Positions 1 to 9,400 are shown, numbered from the stretch's first letter. The stretch is DNA of 64,000 bases from Vicinamibacterales bacterium (GCA_965218825.1 OZ244656.1:1882480-1946479), one strand, 5' to 3'. A program made the numbers and translations. The notes: a model not told the origin generated them from the sequence alone.

Positions 1-741
1 TGACTGTTCGCTCTCCCGGTAGCCATCGGTGATCGCGATGAGCTCCTTCGTCCCGTCTCGGGTGGCGCCCATCAGCACCAGAATGCATTGCCGTTTGTTG
101 TCCGTGTCCTCGAGCCGGACGTTGAAGTACACGCCGTCGGCCCAGACGTAGGCGTAGCGCGTGTACGCCAACGACCGCTTCGACCAGTCCTGGTACTCGT
201 GCGCCCACACTGCCTTCAGCCGCGTGATGGTCGTCGCCGATAACCCGCGCGCCTCGGGCCCCAACAACGCCTGGAGCGCCTCGCCGAAGCCGCCGGTGCT
301 GATGCCCTTGAGATAAAGCCAGGGATACAGGGCCTCCAAGCTGGGGGTCTTCCGCAGATAGGGCGGCAGGACCGCCGACCGGAACGTCTCGCGCTCGTCG
401 GCGGGCCGGCGGTCCCGGACCCGCGGTTGCTGCACCTGGACGTCCCCGACTGGGGTCTGTATCGTCCGCTCGGGCAAGCGGCCGTTGCGGACCACACCCC
501 GTTGCCCGGCGGCGTCCACGGTGGTCGCCCGAGCATCCAGATACTCGTCAACCTCCGCCTCGATCGCCGTGGCCAGCATTCGCTGCGCCCCGGTGCGCAG
601 CACATCGGTCAACACGTCGCGGGCCGATGCCTGTGGGAACTCGACCAACTTTTCGCTAGGCTTCGTCATGGTGGCGTACCTCCTTGCCCCTTGGGGTGAA
701 CTGGGTGCCTCAGCAACACCCAGGGTACGCCGCCTGTTCAC
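1..741 (-). CDS. IS256-family (Mutator-type) transposase, N-terminal part cut by window edge
   Basis: Same sequence as the first ~247 codons of the 441-aa ORFs 12499-13824 and 25051-26376. Start codon at 741. Confidence 0.85.
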   Translation of the reverse strand, partial: MNRRRTLGVAEAPSSPQGARRYATMTKPSEKLVEFPQASARDVLTDVLRTGAQRMLATAIEAEVDEYLDARATTVDAAGQRGVVRNGRLPERTIQTPVGDVQVQQPRVRDRRPADERETFRSAVLPPYLRKTPSLEALYPWLYLKGISTGGFGEALQALLGPEARGLSATTITRLKAVWAHEYQDWSKRSLAYTRYAYVWADGVYFNVRLEDTDNKRQCILVLMGATRDGTKELIAITDGYRESEQS

Positions 742-771
742 AGCCTCATACCCAACTTTCGGTTATACCTC
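1..771 (-). mobile_element. IS256-family IS, type 1, copy 1 (partial, continues left of window)
   Basis: nt 1-771 match 13084-13854 and 25636-26406. Same terminus ...AACTTTCGGTTATACCTC ends at 771. Confidence 0.9.
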
Positions 772-1152
772 GGACACCAGCACGGCCCAGCGTTATCTCG
801 GGCCGTTCGGATCGCTTCGAAGCGGTCAGACATGTCAAGACTGTCGCAGAGTCTCGACAGCACGCCATCGGACTGGCTTGGCGATCGGTCAGGTCCTTCT
901 CACCTGGAACCTACTTCCTTCACTTTCGAGCCTTGACAGCGATGGAATGACTGCAAGATAGTCTCACCCGAGTGCCGCCTGCCCACGTCACGTTCACGTG
1001 GCCCAGACGAAGGCGATGTCCTCGGAGGAGCCTCGAACCTCCGGCGAGTCCCTCGCAGTCAGGAATCCGTCTATGATGAAGGATTGTGGTTAGGCGCTAC
1101 TGCCCGGGCAACGCCTCGACTCCCGCGCTAGACCTTCGAAGGCAAACCAAAA

Positions 1153-1854
1153 ATGGCATTTGAGGTCGAGATTCCAGAGTTCGCTAAGGAAGCAATAGGC
1201 AGGATAGCCTCGCTCTCTGACGAGCAGGCCGGAAACCTGCTAGAAGCTCTGAAGTCGACTCGACCGGCGTTGTCGGCCTACTGGCTGGCTTCTGAAGTCT
1301 CAAAGGCAGCGGGGTTAGACGAGCCCTCGGTCACCGAGATGTTGATGGCGCTCATGTCACTAAGCGTAATGACCGCGGACCGGGAACGACCCAACGAGAT
1401 CGTTGAGGGTGTGGTTAGGACCGCGAGCAGACAAGGAATTGATGGTCTAACGGAAGGCTCAAGTCAGGCACAGAAGCTGAGGGAGCGTCTACTGAGCTTT
1501 CTTGACACGTTGCCATTCGCAGCGGCAGGTAAGGCCAACACGCTTCGACTAGCGCAACCGAACAACTATCGGGCGGCACGGATCGTTACCGACATGCGCC
1601 CGCTATTTGCGGGACGTGGCGAGGTTAAGCCCATCGCCGGAATGGTGATTCACAGCCTGCTGGTCCGCTCGTTCGCGTTTTCGACCATGTCGGAGGCACC
1701 TGAAGAGTCACAACATCACTTAGCTCTTGACCTCGACGACCTTCACCAACTCAAGGCTCAAATAGAACGGGCGATTAAGAAGGAAAAGGCTCTCCGAGCC
1801 TCAATGGCAGACGCGGGCCTCCCCTGCGTCAGAACGTCTGACAACGAAGCATAG
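1153..1854 (+). CDS. hypothetical protein (233 aa), first gene of a lower-GC three-gene operon
   Basis: Clean ORF. GC visibly lower than flanks. Stop lies 2 nt before the next start. No motif I recognise. Confidence 0.6.
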   Translation: MAFEVEIPEFAKEAIGRIASLSDEQAGNLLEALKSTRPALSAYWLASEVSKAAGLDEPSVTEMLMALMSLSVMTADRERPNEIVEGVVRTASRQGIDGLTEGSSQAQKLRERLLSFLDTLPFAAAGKANTLRLAQPNNYRAARIVTDMRPLFAGRGEVKPIAGMVIHSLLVRSFAFSTMSEAPEESQHHLALDLDDLHQLKAQIERAIKKEKALRASMADAGLPCVRTSDNEA

Positions 1855-1856
1855 CC

Positions 1857-2570
1857 ATGCCTGAACTCGATCCCGCGACATCGTCCCGGACCCGACCTAG
1901 GCTTGCGTCTTACGTAGGACAGGGTCTTGGCACGCCAGCCTGGCCTGGACGATCACTCACGATTCTCGATCCAAGAAGGTGGCAGCGGGCACTAGTTGGC
2001 ACATGGATAGACCCGGCTGGCAGCTTCAAACCCGCAGGCGGGACATTCTCCATGATCTCCCTTGAGCCGTCGGGCCAGCGCGGCGATCTTCATATCGTTC
2101 CTGAGGGCGTTCTGTGGGTTGAAAGCAAACGGAATACGCTATTAAGCCATTATGTCCACTTTGAACAGCAGGAACTGGATAGAGTCATCGAGTCCTCGAA
2201 GCGAATCCTCCAACTCGACGACGACTGGGATGACGATGGAAGCGCAGGCTATCTCCTTGCTACTTGGCAGCGGATGGAGGCATTCCTTCGTCTTTTGGAT
2301 CGGGTGGCTCAGTTTCAAGGAACGGAACTCCCCATCCCAGCTATCGGTCCAGCCGAATCCGGCAGCATTGACATGCATTGGTCCGAGCCTTGGGGGAGTC
2401 TGCTGGTCAATATCCCGGCAGATCCTGACCAGCCGGTTGCTTTCTATGGAAGCAGAAGGCAAGGCTCGACGCTTTCTGGAACGGTTCCGAGCGGTTCGGT
2501 CTCGCCAGAAGTGATCGCATGGCTATCGCATGACAAATACGAGTCATTGGCCGACCGAACCAATACCTGA
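1857..2570 (+). CDS. hypothetical protein (237 aa) with acidic DDDWDDDG segment
   Basis: ORF abuts the previous stop and overlaps the next start by 41 nt. No recognisable catalytic motif. Confidence 0.6.
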   Translation: MPELDPATSSRTRPRLASYVGQGLGTPAWPGRSLTILDPRRWQRALVGTWIDPAGSFKPAGGTFSMISLEPSGQRGDLHIVPEGVLWVESKRNTLLSHYVHFEQQELDRVIESSKRILQLDDDWDDDGSAGYLLATWQRMEAFLRLLDRVAQFQGTELPIPAIGPAESGSIDMHWSEPWGSLLVNIPADPDQPVAFYGSRRQGSTLSGTVPSGSVSPEVIAWLSHDKYESLADRTNT

Positions 2571-3231
2571 CGCTGATAGCCTTTTCTATAGAGTCCCGGT
2601 CGCCGCCCTGCTGACTGGCGACAAGCTGGGTCCCAACATCTTCCGTGCAACCGAAGGTGCGATGTCCTGCGAATGGGAAAAGTATTCCACACCGGAGGAA
2701 ACACGACTGCGTGCCCGGAATCCTGATAACCATGGGATCGTGACCCTCGTCGCCGGACCGGTCCGTGAGATTGAGCATCTTAGTGTGGTTCATGAGCCGC
2801 TCCCTGAGAATCGGGCTCATTCTGGCGTCCACGGTTTTGAGGGAAGCGAGGCAGACGACCACAAGAGGCGAACCAGAACACTCGCAGTTCCGGCGCCACG
2901 TGCCCTTCACAGCACGCCACGGCGGGAATGTGGACCCCGAAGGTGGCCTCGATCCAGGCCAAGACGTCGCCGTCGGTGCCGTCGCGCGCGCGACGCCGAC
3001 CGAGCTCGGCCTCAAGCAGGGTCGGATTCTGCAGGACGCGGGTCAGGAGGTCGGGCGAGTTCTGCATGGGCACGCTCAATGAGGTCTGACGAGAGGCGGC
3101 CGACGAGGCGGACGCTGGCGGCGGCCGGATCGAGGGCCGGTGGCCGCGCGCCCACTGGGAGGGCGGGGGGGTCGTACAAGCCGAGCAGCTTCGCGGCGAA
3201 CTCGTCGCACCGCTGTTCCACCGCCAAGTAA
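2530..3231 (+). CDS. hypothetical protein; native part probably ends near 2880, rest is read-through
   Basis: First ~115 aa (MTNTSHWPTEP...LPENRAHSGVHGF) look protein-like. After ~2880 GC jumps and the translation becomes Arg/Pro-rich, antisense to a phage-like ORF. Confidence 0.45.
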   Translation: MTNTSHWPTEPIPDADSLFYRVPVAALLTGDKLGPNIFRATEGAMSCEWEKYSTPEETRLRARNPDNHGIVTLVAGPVREIEHLSVVHEPLPENRAHSGVHGFEGSEADDHKRRTRTLAVPAPRALHSTPRRECGPRRWPRSRPRRRRRCRRARDADRARPQAGSDSAGRGSGGRASSAWARSMRSDERRPTRRTLAAAGSRAGGRAPTGRAGGSYKPSSFAANSSHRCSTAK

Positions 3232-3305
3232 TTCGGATTGCCCGCGGCGGACTGCGTTTCGAGTTCGACGACCGTCGTGGCCGCCGCCCCGCCACCCGCC
3301 GCCAC
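2885..3305 (-). pseudogene. possible phage terminase large-subunit N-terminal fragment (frameshifted, truncated)
   Basis: Two overlapping minus frames (3012-3305 and 2780-3295). Sits directly downstream of the HTH small-terminase-like gene. Assignment rests on gene order and weak resemblance only. Confidence 0.3.
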
Positions 3306-3311
3306 CTTGCG

Positions 3312-3641
3312 CTACCGGCGCGTGGTCACGTCCGCCTGACTGCGCGCGTGCCCCTCCCGGGCCGCCCGCGCCCGGCGCTCCGCCATCAGTACCAGCTTGG
3401 TCCGATAGGCCTCACCCACCTGCGTCAGGGTGGCCTGCCCTCGCGTGAGGATGCGCCGGAGGGCCTTGGACACCCCGGCTTGCGTGAGCCCGACCTCGGC
3501 GGCGATCTGGCGTTGGCTCCAGCGCTCGAGGGCCAGGTCCAAGATGCGTTCATCGCGACGCATCCGCGTGACGGGGGGCTCGTAGCCCTGCTGGCCGCCG
3601 CGCGCGGGGGTTCGCCGAGCCGGGGAGCGCCGGCGGGTCAT
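3312..3641 (-). CDS. HTH DNA-binding protein, phage terminase small-subunit-like
   Basis: 109 aa with a sigma-70 region-4-like HTH (RWSQRQIAAEVGLTQAGVSKALRR). 4-nt overlap with the upstream methyltransferase. Confidence 0.5.
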   Translation of the reverse strand: MTRRRSPARRTPARGGQQGYEPPVTRMRRDERILDLALERWSQRQIAAEVGLTQAGVSKALRRILTRGQATLTQVGEAYRTKLVLMAERRARAAREGHARSQADVTTRR

Positions 3642-4942
3642 CGCGCCCTCCCCCGCCGGCGGGCCGGGGCGCGACCCGGGGTGAGGTGGACGGCCGTCTG
3701 TCCGGTGAAGGCTTCCCAGCGTCGCCGGGCGACCTCCACGTAGATCGGGTCCACGTCCATGGCATACGTGGGGCGCCCGAGCTTTTCGCCGGCAATCAGT
3801 GTGGTGCCCGACCCGACGAAGGGGTCATAGACGGCGTCCTGCGCCGTGGTGTGATTGAGGATCGGGATCTCGAACACCCGCACGGGTTTCTGCGTCGCAT
3901 GGCCGGTGGGCGTGTTGGCCCCGGTCCGCGAGCCGCCAATGGCGTTCAGATTGGGCACCTCCCACACGGTGCTCTGCGCCCGGCCGCCGTACCACGGGGC
4001 GGCGCGCCCCTGCCGCACGGCGTACCACGCCGGTTCGTGTTGCCAGTGGTACGCGCCGCGGCCCAGCACGAACGTGATCTTCGCCCACACGATCTGACTC
4101 CGGACCTCGAACTGGGCCTGCCGGAGGCCCGCCATCACCACGTCGGCAAACAAGGCCGCGTGCCACACGTAGGCGACGTCGCCGGGGAAAAGCGCATAGG
4201 CCGCCGCCCAGTCGGCCCGGGTGTCATTGGTGACCCGCCCCACGGCGGTGCGCTGCCGGGGATAGGCCTGGTGCCGAAACGCCGGCTGATAGTTCACGCC
4301 GTAAGGGGGATCGGTCACCATCAGGCACGGGGTGGCCCCGGCGAGGAGCCGGGCGACATCCGTCGCCGACGTCGCGTCCCCGCACGCGAGGCGGTGGCGG
4401 CCGAGTTGGAACACGTCGCCGCGCCGGATCGTGGTCGTGGTGGGCGGGGCCAGCACGGTGTTCTCGTCGGGTTGCGCCTCCGGCCCCTCCGGGGCGAGCA
4501 GCCGGGCAAACTCCTCGGGGGTCCAGAAGGCCTCCAGGGCCACGCCCGCCTGTTCGAGCTGCCGCAGCACGGCCGGGTCCCAGTCCAGGTCGAGTTCGGC
4601 GACCCGGTTGTCGGCCAGTGCTAATTCCTGGGCACGGGGGTCGGTCCGCGCGTCCAGATCCACCCGCTGCACCACGACGAGTGTCTCGCCCGTGGTGGGC
4701 ACCACCGTGATCGGGAGCCCCAGGTGCTTGGCCTGTTCCACGGTCTTGTGCCCCCCCAGAATGCGCCCCCGCGTGTCGATCACGATGGAGCGGCCCGCGC
4801 CGTACGTGTGCAGACTGCGCCGCAGGGCCTCGCGGCCTCGATCCGTCCCGCGGTTGGCGTTGAGGGGATCGGGCTGCAGGTCGTCGATCGACTGAATGGG
4901 TGTCTGGCGCGCCCGCGTCGAGGGTCTTTTGGCCGGAGTCAT
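3638..4942 (-). CDS. ParB-like nuclease domain fused to a DNA N4/N6 methyltransferase (phage type)
   Basis: N-terminal ParB-like LQPDPLNANRGTD. MTase motif IV TDPPYG and motif I DPFVGSGTT in beta-class order. Start placed at MTPAKRP (4942), which overlaps the upstream stop. Confidence 0.8.
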   Translation of the reverse strand: MTPAKRPSTRARQTPIQSIDDLQPDPLNANRGTDRGREALRRSLHTYGAGRSIVIDTRGRILGGHKTVEQAKHLGLPITVVPTTGETLVVVQRVDLDARTDPRAQELALADNRVAELDLDWDPAVLRQLEQAGVALEAFWTPEEFARLLAPEGPEAQPDENTVLAPPTTTTIRRGDVFQLGRHRLACGDATSATDVARLLAGATPCLMVTDPPYGVNYQPAFRHQAYPRQRTAVGRVTNDTRADWAAAYALFPGDVAYVWHAALFADVVMAGLRQAQFEVRSQIVWAKITFVLGRGAYHWQHEPAWYAVRQGRAAPWYGGRAQSTVWEVPNLNAIGGSRTGANTPTGHATQKPVRVFEIPILNHTTAQDAVYDPFVGSGTTLIAGEKLGRPTYAMDVDPIYVEVARRRWEAFTGQTAVHLTPGRAPARRRGRAR

Positions 4943-5736
4943 CGTGTCTCTCCGGCCGGCGCGCCTGCCGGTGTCTCGTCGCTGGGCCGCCGGCCCCTCG
5001 TGAAGGCGTGATAGGCCAGGGCCAGGGCGACGACGGTATCGGGGGGATGCCCGCTCCCGAACAGATCGTCTTCCCCGCAGTACCGGTGCTCGGGAGAGCA
5101 CGCGTCGATCCGAGGACCGACGATCTCGTGCCGTTCGATGGCCCCAATGTCGTTCCGGAAGAGTTCCATCCGGACACGCCCGACCAGCGTGACGCCCTGG
5201 AGCTGGTCGTGGGCGGCGAGCGCCGGGAACGCCCCCATCGCGTTCCCGGCGCCGGTCGTGTCATGCGCGGCCGTCCCCGGATATTCATCAAGGAGAGCGC
5301 TGACGTGCGCGGCCATTTCCGGCCACGGTCGCCGTTGGATGCGGTCGACGGCGACGACCTGAAGCGGCGTGGTCTCGCAGCGCACGACGACGGCGATGGT
5401 GTCGTCGCGCTGCTGGGCCCAGTGGATGCCGGTGCAGTACCACGCCCCGGCAGGATCAGGCCAGGCCCGATCGGCGGGTGGATCCGGCGGGCCGCGCCAG
5501 CTGTGTTCAAGCTCCCCCGGCGAGATGTGCGCGCCGCGCATGGCGTCAAACATCCGCTCCACCGCGGCCGGGTCGATGGCGCGACCTCGATCAGTCCCGC
5601 GGTTGGCGTTGAGGGGATCGGGCTGCAGATCGTCCAACGCGTGAATCAGCGCGGACGGCGCCAGGCCTGACGCGTGGGACGGCGGCTCACGCCCGGCTTC
5701 GGCGTCGTGCGGTCGCGATGAGGGGGGTCGTGGCAT
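4939..5736 (-). pseudogene. chimeric ORF: ParB-like N-terminal stub fused to a terminase large-subunit C-terminal nuclease part
   Basis: DDLQPDPLNANRGTDRGR stub repeats the start of the ParB-MTase. The remainder (WYCTGIHWAQQRDDT...GHPPDTVVALALAYH) resembles the terminase RNaseH-like C-terminal domain. No ATPase half present. Confidence 0.5.
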
Positions 5737-5818
5737 CTTGTGCTCCTGTTGCGTCCAAAGTTGAGGCCAGCGTACGAGAGACGGAACATCTGGCATAGAT
5801 CTCTGATATGATTTCAAT

Positions 5819-6703
5819 ATGAGTAACGGCCACCGTCACTGGCAGCTGGCCGGGCTCTACAGTGAGACCGGACCGTTGGAGCGCCTCCTGCCGATCGGCG
5901 AGCTCATGGTGCCGAACGACGTGGAGCTTGAAGGGGAATGGCTGTGCTGGGGGTGGCGTGGGGACCCGCTGCAGGGGACCGCCCGCAGGCCGGGCCCCCA
6001 CATCCTCAGTGATTTCGTCAGGCTCGCCGACGGGGATGGGCCGACGATCCGCGCCTACGCACGTCGTTGGGGCATCCTGGGCATCTGTGAACATGGGCTG
6101 CCCTCCTTTCACTTGAGCAACGAGGACGGCACGCCGCGCTGTCGGCCCTTATCCCGCAGGGAGGATCCCGCGTGGCGCTTCGACGGGTGGGAGCCGCTCG
6201 ACCGGTGGCGGCATTTCGCGCGACAGGCCCGGGCCATCCTGAACCTCGCGGCGAGCTTGCATGCCGACCAGCCGGGGCAGCCCGAGGACTGGCAGGTCGT
6301 CGTCCAACACCGGAAACAGCCCGTCCCGTGGTGGCGCCCGTCGGTGGAGGCTGAATGGATCCTCCTCTCCTCTGTGGTCCAGGAATGGATCCGGATCGGG
6401 GATGTCAGGCCGGTCATGGCGCGGGGCCCGACTCAGGGACGCCAGGTGGAGTTCGGCTCCAGTGCCGGGGGCACGCGCCTCTTCGGGACCTTGGCCTGTC
6501 AGTTGCTGTTCACGATCACACGGGTGACCGGTGTGGCGGTGTGCTCCGCGTGTGCCGCGATCTACACACCCACACGGCGGCCGCGGCCCGATCAGCGGCG
6601 ATATTGCCAGTCGTGCCGCGCCGGCGGAGTGCCCCAACGCGATGCGCAGCGGGATCGGCAGCGCCGACGACGGGCAGCGCTGCCGTCGACCGACCGGACG
6701 TAG
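5819..6703 (+). CDS. hypothetical protein with C-terminal CxxC...CxxC zinc ribbon and basic tail
   Basis: 294-aa ORF divergent from the phage-like block. Contains CSAC...CQSC followed by an Arg-rich tail. Confidence 0.5.
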   Translation: MSNGHRHWQLAGLYSETGPLERLLPIGELMVPNDVELEGEWLCWGWRGDPLQGTARRPGPHILSDFVRLADGDGPTIRAYARRWGILGICEHGLPSFHLSNEDGTPRCRPLSRREDPAWRFDGWEPLDRWRHFARQARAILNLAASLHADQPGQPEDWQVVVQHRKQPVPWWRPSVEAEWILLSSVVQEWIRIGDVRPVMARGPTQGRQVEFGSSAGGTRLFGTLACQLLFTITRVTGVAVCSACAAIYTPTRRPRPDQRRYCQSCRAGGVPQRDAQRDRQRRRRAALPSTDRT

Positions 6704-7136
6704 TCCTGCCCGCTGGGTGAAGGGCCTCGAGAGGGGCCGCTACATGATCGGGTCGACGACCTGGACGACTGTACGCATGGCATGACACCACGGAGTCGCC
6801 TCTTCGCGATCGGTGGCTCGGTGCCGGAGAGGTTGATGGCGTTGGCGGGGGTTCCTCCGGTAGGACGCAGTTGCCGAAGACGGGTGCCCCACCGGTCGTT
6901 GTTTGGTCCGCGTCCCCGGGAATGCAGGTGCCCGTGGCCGTGAACCGAACGGACACCGGCTCGCCGTTGAGCAACGTCGGTTCGTACTCCCACGGGCTCA
7001 CAGTGTCGACCGCTGCAACGTCGAATCCGTCGTTCCCCCTCAGCCGACCGGAGGATTACGCCTGCGACCAGGAGGAGGACGGTCGCGATTTGCCGAAGGA
7101 GTTTCCCGTGCACCCGGCCTGACGGTCCCCGAACCC

Positions 7137-7334
7137 ATGCGTGACAAGTCCGTTGACAGCGCCGACGTGCTCGACGCCCTGGTCGCCGCGATCATCGCCC
7201 GCATGCTAGCGGTCGGATTGTGTGAGCCGGTCCCGAGTGAATCTCTTGGTGCAGCGAGGCGAGAGGGATGGATCCACGTGCCGCGGTCGGACAGCCTATC
7301 GCGGGTCCTTTCCCTACCACCGCAAGAAGTGTAG
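7137..7334 (+). pseudogene. DUF429-like protein, C-terminal fragment
   Basis: ADVLDALVAAIIARMLAVG...ARREGWIHVP matches the C-terminal signature I recall for DUF429. The upstream part of the frame is not protein-like. Confidence 0.45.
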
Positions 7335-7727
7335 CTACTGCCAAGTAACGGTTCGCGACTTGTGGGTCAACCGGTTATGGCCCAGGACCAGCATCTGGAG
7401 GCGCGTCAAGTGCCTGGGCTTCTCGGATATTTCTGAGACTTCGTGAGGTCGACGATCGTGTGCAGCTCCTCCATGATCGCGGCACGTACTCGCGCACGAG
7501 GCGGAGGACGTGGTGACGGAAGTCGGCACGCGACCAAGGGAACACGGGCTCCTCCTGGCCGGCTCCGGGTGCGGTCGGCCACGTTCACGTGATCGTCGCG
7601 GCGATCGGTTATCGCATGTGAGGCGATGAAACGACGAAGTTCGGCAAGAATCGGCGTGAATTCGTGAGATCCAGGCCATCGAGGCGACGTGGGTGATAAC
7701 CGTCTATTGATAACCGATCAGACACAG

Positions 7728-7775
7728 GGCCTTCTAAGCCGAGGGTCGCAGGTTCGAATCCTGCCGGGCGTGCCA
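7728..7775 (+). other. 3-prime portion of a tRNA-Arg(TCT) gene (att-type remnant, not a functional tRNA)
   Basis: CTTCTAA anticodon loop, T arm GCAGG-TTCGAAT-CCTGC, acceptor 3-prime strand plus GCCA. No complementary 5-prime acceptor strand or D arm upstream. Confidence 0.7.
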
Positions 7776-7807
7776 TTTCTCGCCAGATTCTGCAGATTGT
7801 GCGGAGT

Positions 7808-7829
7808 AATGACCACCGCTGTGGTCATT
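7808..7829 (+). terminator. stem-loop downstream of the tRNA fragment
   Basis: Perfect 9-bp stem AATGACCAC / GTGGTCATT with 4-nt loop, followed by CCTTTC. Confidence 0.5.
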
Positions 7830-7864
7830 CCTTTCAGTTCCGACCGGTCACATCGGGTCGACGA

Positions 7865-8062
7865 TTAGCGTGCTGAAGTACGGAGGCGCTCAAGGTTCTG
7901 CTTCACTTCTGGTCCCTCCGACGGCATGGTGTGGACGTCATGGTTGACGATCTGCTGCCACCACCCACTCTCGAAGAAAGGCTCCAGTCCGCGCGAACCC
8001 GTTTCGCACTCCTTGCTGAAGTACTTGATCTCCACGCGCTCGGCATCGAACACATGGACCAT
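7865..8062 (-). CDS. small hypothetical protein (65 aa)
   Basis: Codon-position GC favours the minus frame over the overlapping plus ORF 7931-8209. No motif recognised. Confidence 0.3.
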   Translation of the reverse strand: MVHVFDAERVEIKYFSKECETGSRGLEPFFESGWWQQIVNHDVHTMPSEGPEVKQNLERLRTSAR

Positions 8063-8205
8063 GCCCTGGGGCCGGACGCCGCCCGTGCGCTGGCCGAGAC
8101 GTGTCGACAGGCCGCCGGGGATCTCCAAGGACTCCTCGCCTCTCTCCCGGTCGAGCGACTGAACTGGTCGAATGCGAACAGAACAATGAAACGGAGACGG
8201 CAACG

Positions 8206-8823
8206 ATGAGCCTGATGCGAACCTATCGTCGGGCTCTCCGCTTGTCGCAGTCGGCGTTCGCGGCGCGGTTGAACGTGCCGCTTGAGACCTACCGCCCATG
8301 GGACGCAGGCCGCCGCGAGCCGCCGCCGCAACTCCTCACCAGAGCCAGGACCCTTGCGGGCTATCCGGACGAGACGGTGCTTGTGCCGTTGCCGGTCCTG
8401 GCTTTGATGATCGGCGTGCATGTGCGCACGCTGCACGCAGCCGCGCGTTCAGGCCGACTCGTAGTGGCCTATGATACGCGGACGACCTTCCGCCGCCTGC
8501 GCCCGAGGGCGACACTGAAGCACGCGCTGGACTTTCGTCGGCACTACTACGGCACGCAGCGCCGCCCGCCCGCCACGCCAGAGCCACTGACCTGGGCCTC
8601 CGTTCCCGAGGACTATGACGTTCAACTCAAAGCGTTGCGCAGACGTCTCGACATCAGTCAGTCTGGACTCGCGCGCATGGTCGGCGCCGCCGGTAAGGCC
8701 GTCGTCTATCAATGGGAAGCGCGGAAACGCACGCCATCGCCTCTTTTCTGGCAGCGGGTCCATGAGCTTCAATCCGGGGTCCACCCCCGTCCCATGATGA
8801 CCCGCTGGAAGACAGCGTCCTGA
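8206..8823 (+). CDS. multi-HTH transcriptional regulator (two XRE-type HTH plus a MerR/excisionase-like HTH)
   Basis: YRRALRLSQSAFAARLNV, LALMIGVHVRTLHAAARSG and RRRLDISQSGLARMVG segments. ATG at 8206 chosen within ORF 8101-8823. Confidence 0.6.
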   Translation: MSLMRTYRRALRLSQSAFAARLNVPLETYRPWDAGRREPPPQLLTRARTLAGYPDETVLVPLPVLALMIGVHVRTLHAAARSGRLVVAYDTRTTFRRLRPRATLKHALDFRRHYYGTQRRPPATPEPLTWASVPEDYDVQLKALRRRLDISQSGLARMVGAAGKAVVYQWEARKRTPSPLFWQRVHELQSGVHPRPMMTRWKTAS

Positions 8824-8989
8824 TTCGCCTCACCGAGACGGCATCCGCTCGGGTCGACATCGGCACTGGAACCACCGCTTCGAACCGGGAAGTCCTCGGC
8901 AAGTGCACGGCCGGATCGCCGAAGCGTTGTTCGATCTCGTACTGTCCAAGAACCCGATCGACGCCGTCCGACGGGCTGATTCTACGCTG

Positions 8990-9400
8990 GACGCTCGCCG
9001 GGTCGCGACGCCCAGGGCGAGGGCGTCCCGGACAGCGCCGCTGACGTGGGCGAGCCGAAAGTCTTCGAGCAGCCGCAGCACCTGCACGTACTCGCGCGTC
9101 CCCGCCTTGCCCAGCCGGGCCTCCAACAGACGCCGTAGCCGACCAAACGCTTCCGGCAGCTCCCAGCCGGCGAGCGGCGCCGCTTGATCGAGCGCCCCGG
9201 TCTTGCGCTCCAGCAAGGCCAAGTAGTGCCGCGGCTCGAAGATCAACGCGTCCCGCTCGTCGCTGCGAGGATGGCGGGCGATTACGGTGCCGCCAACCAC
9301 TTGCACCAGACGGGCTTTCGGAGGATTAATTTCGAGGGCCCGAAACCAGGTGGGGTGTCGTCCGAACAGGCCTCCGTCTTCTACAAAACCCAAAACTGCC
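8990..9400 (-). pseudogene. IS21-family IstA transposase, C-terminal fragment
   Basis: FEPRHYLALLERKTGALDQAAPLAGWELP...TREYVQVLRLL matches the conserved IstA C-terminal region. No N-terminus or IstB present. Confidence 0.65.

Noticed and set aside
4224-5549. 441-aa minus-strand ORF overlapping the ParB-MTase and terminase-like genes
   Set aside because: The translation is Arg/Pro/Gly-rich and low-complexity, as expected for an off-frame ORF in high-GC DNA. A motif-bearing gene occupies the same strand in another frame.
6516-7113. Small secreted protein on the minus strand, with a signal-peptide-like MHGKLLRQIATVLLLVAGVIL in one frame and SPWEYEPTLLNGEPVSVRFTATGTC in another
   Set aside because: It would require a frameshift near 7030. 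It overlaps the end of gene 5819-6703 and matches no family I recognise. The evidence is too weak to call.
7690-7775. A complete tRNA gene
   Set aside because: Only the 3-prime ~48 nt fold as tRNA. The sequence upstream cannot pair with the acceptor 3-prime strand CGGGCGT and has no D arm.
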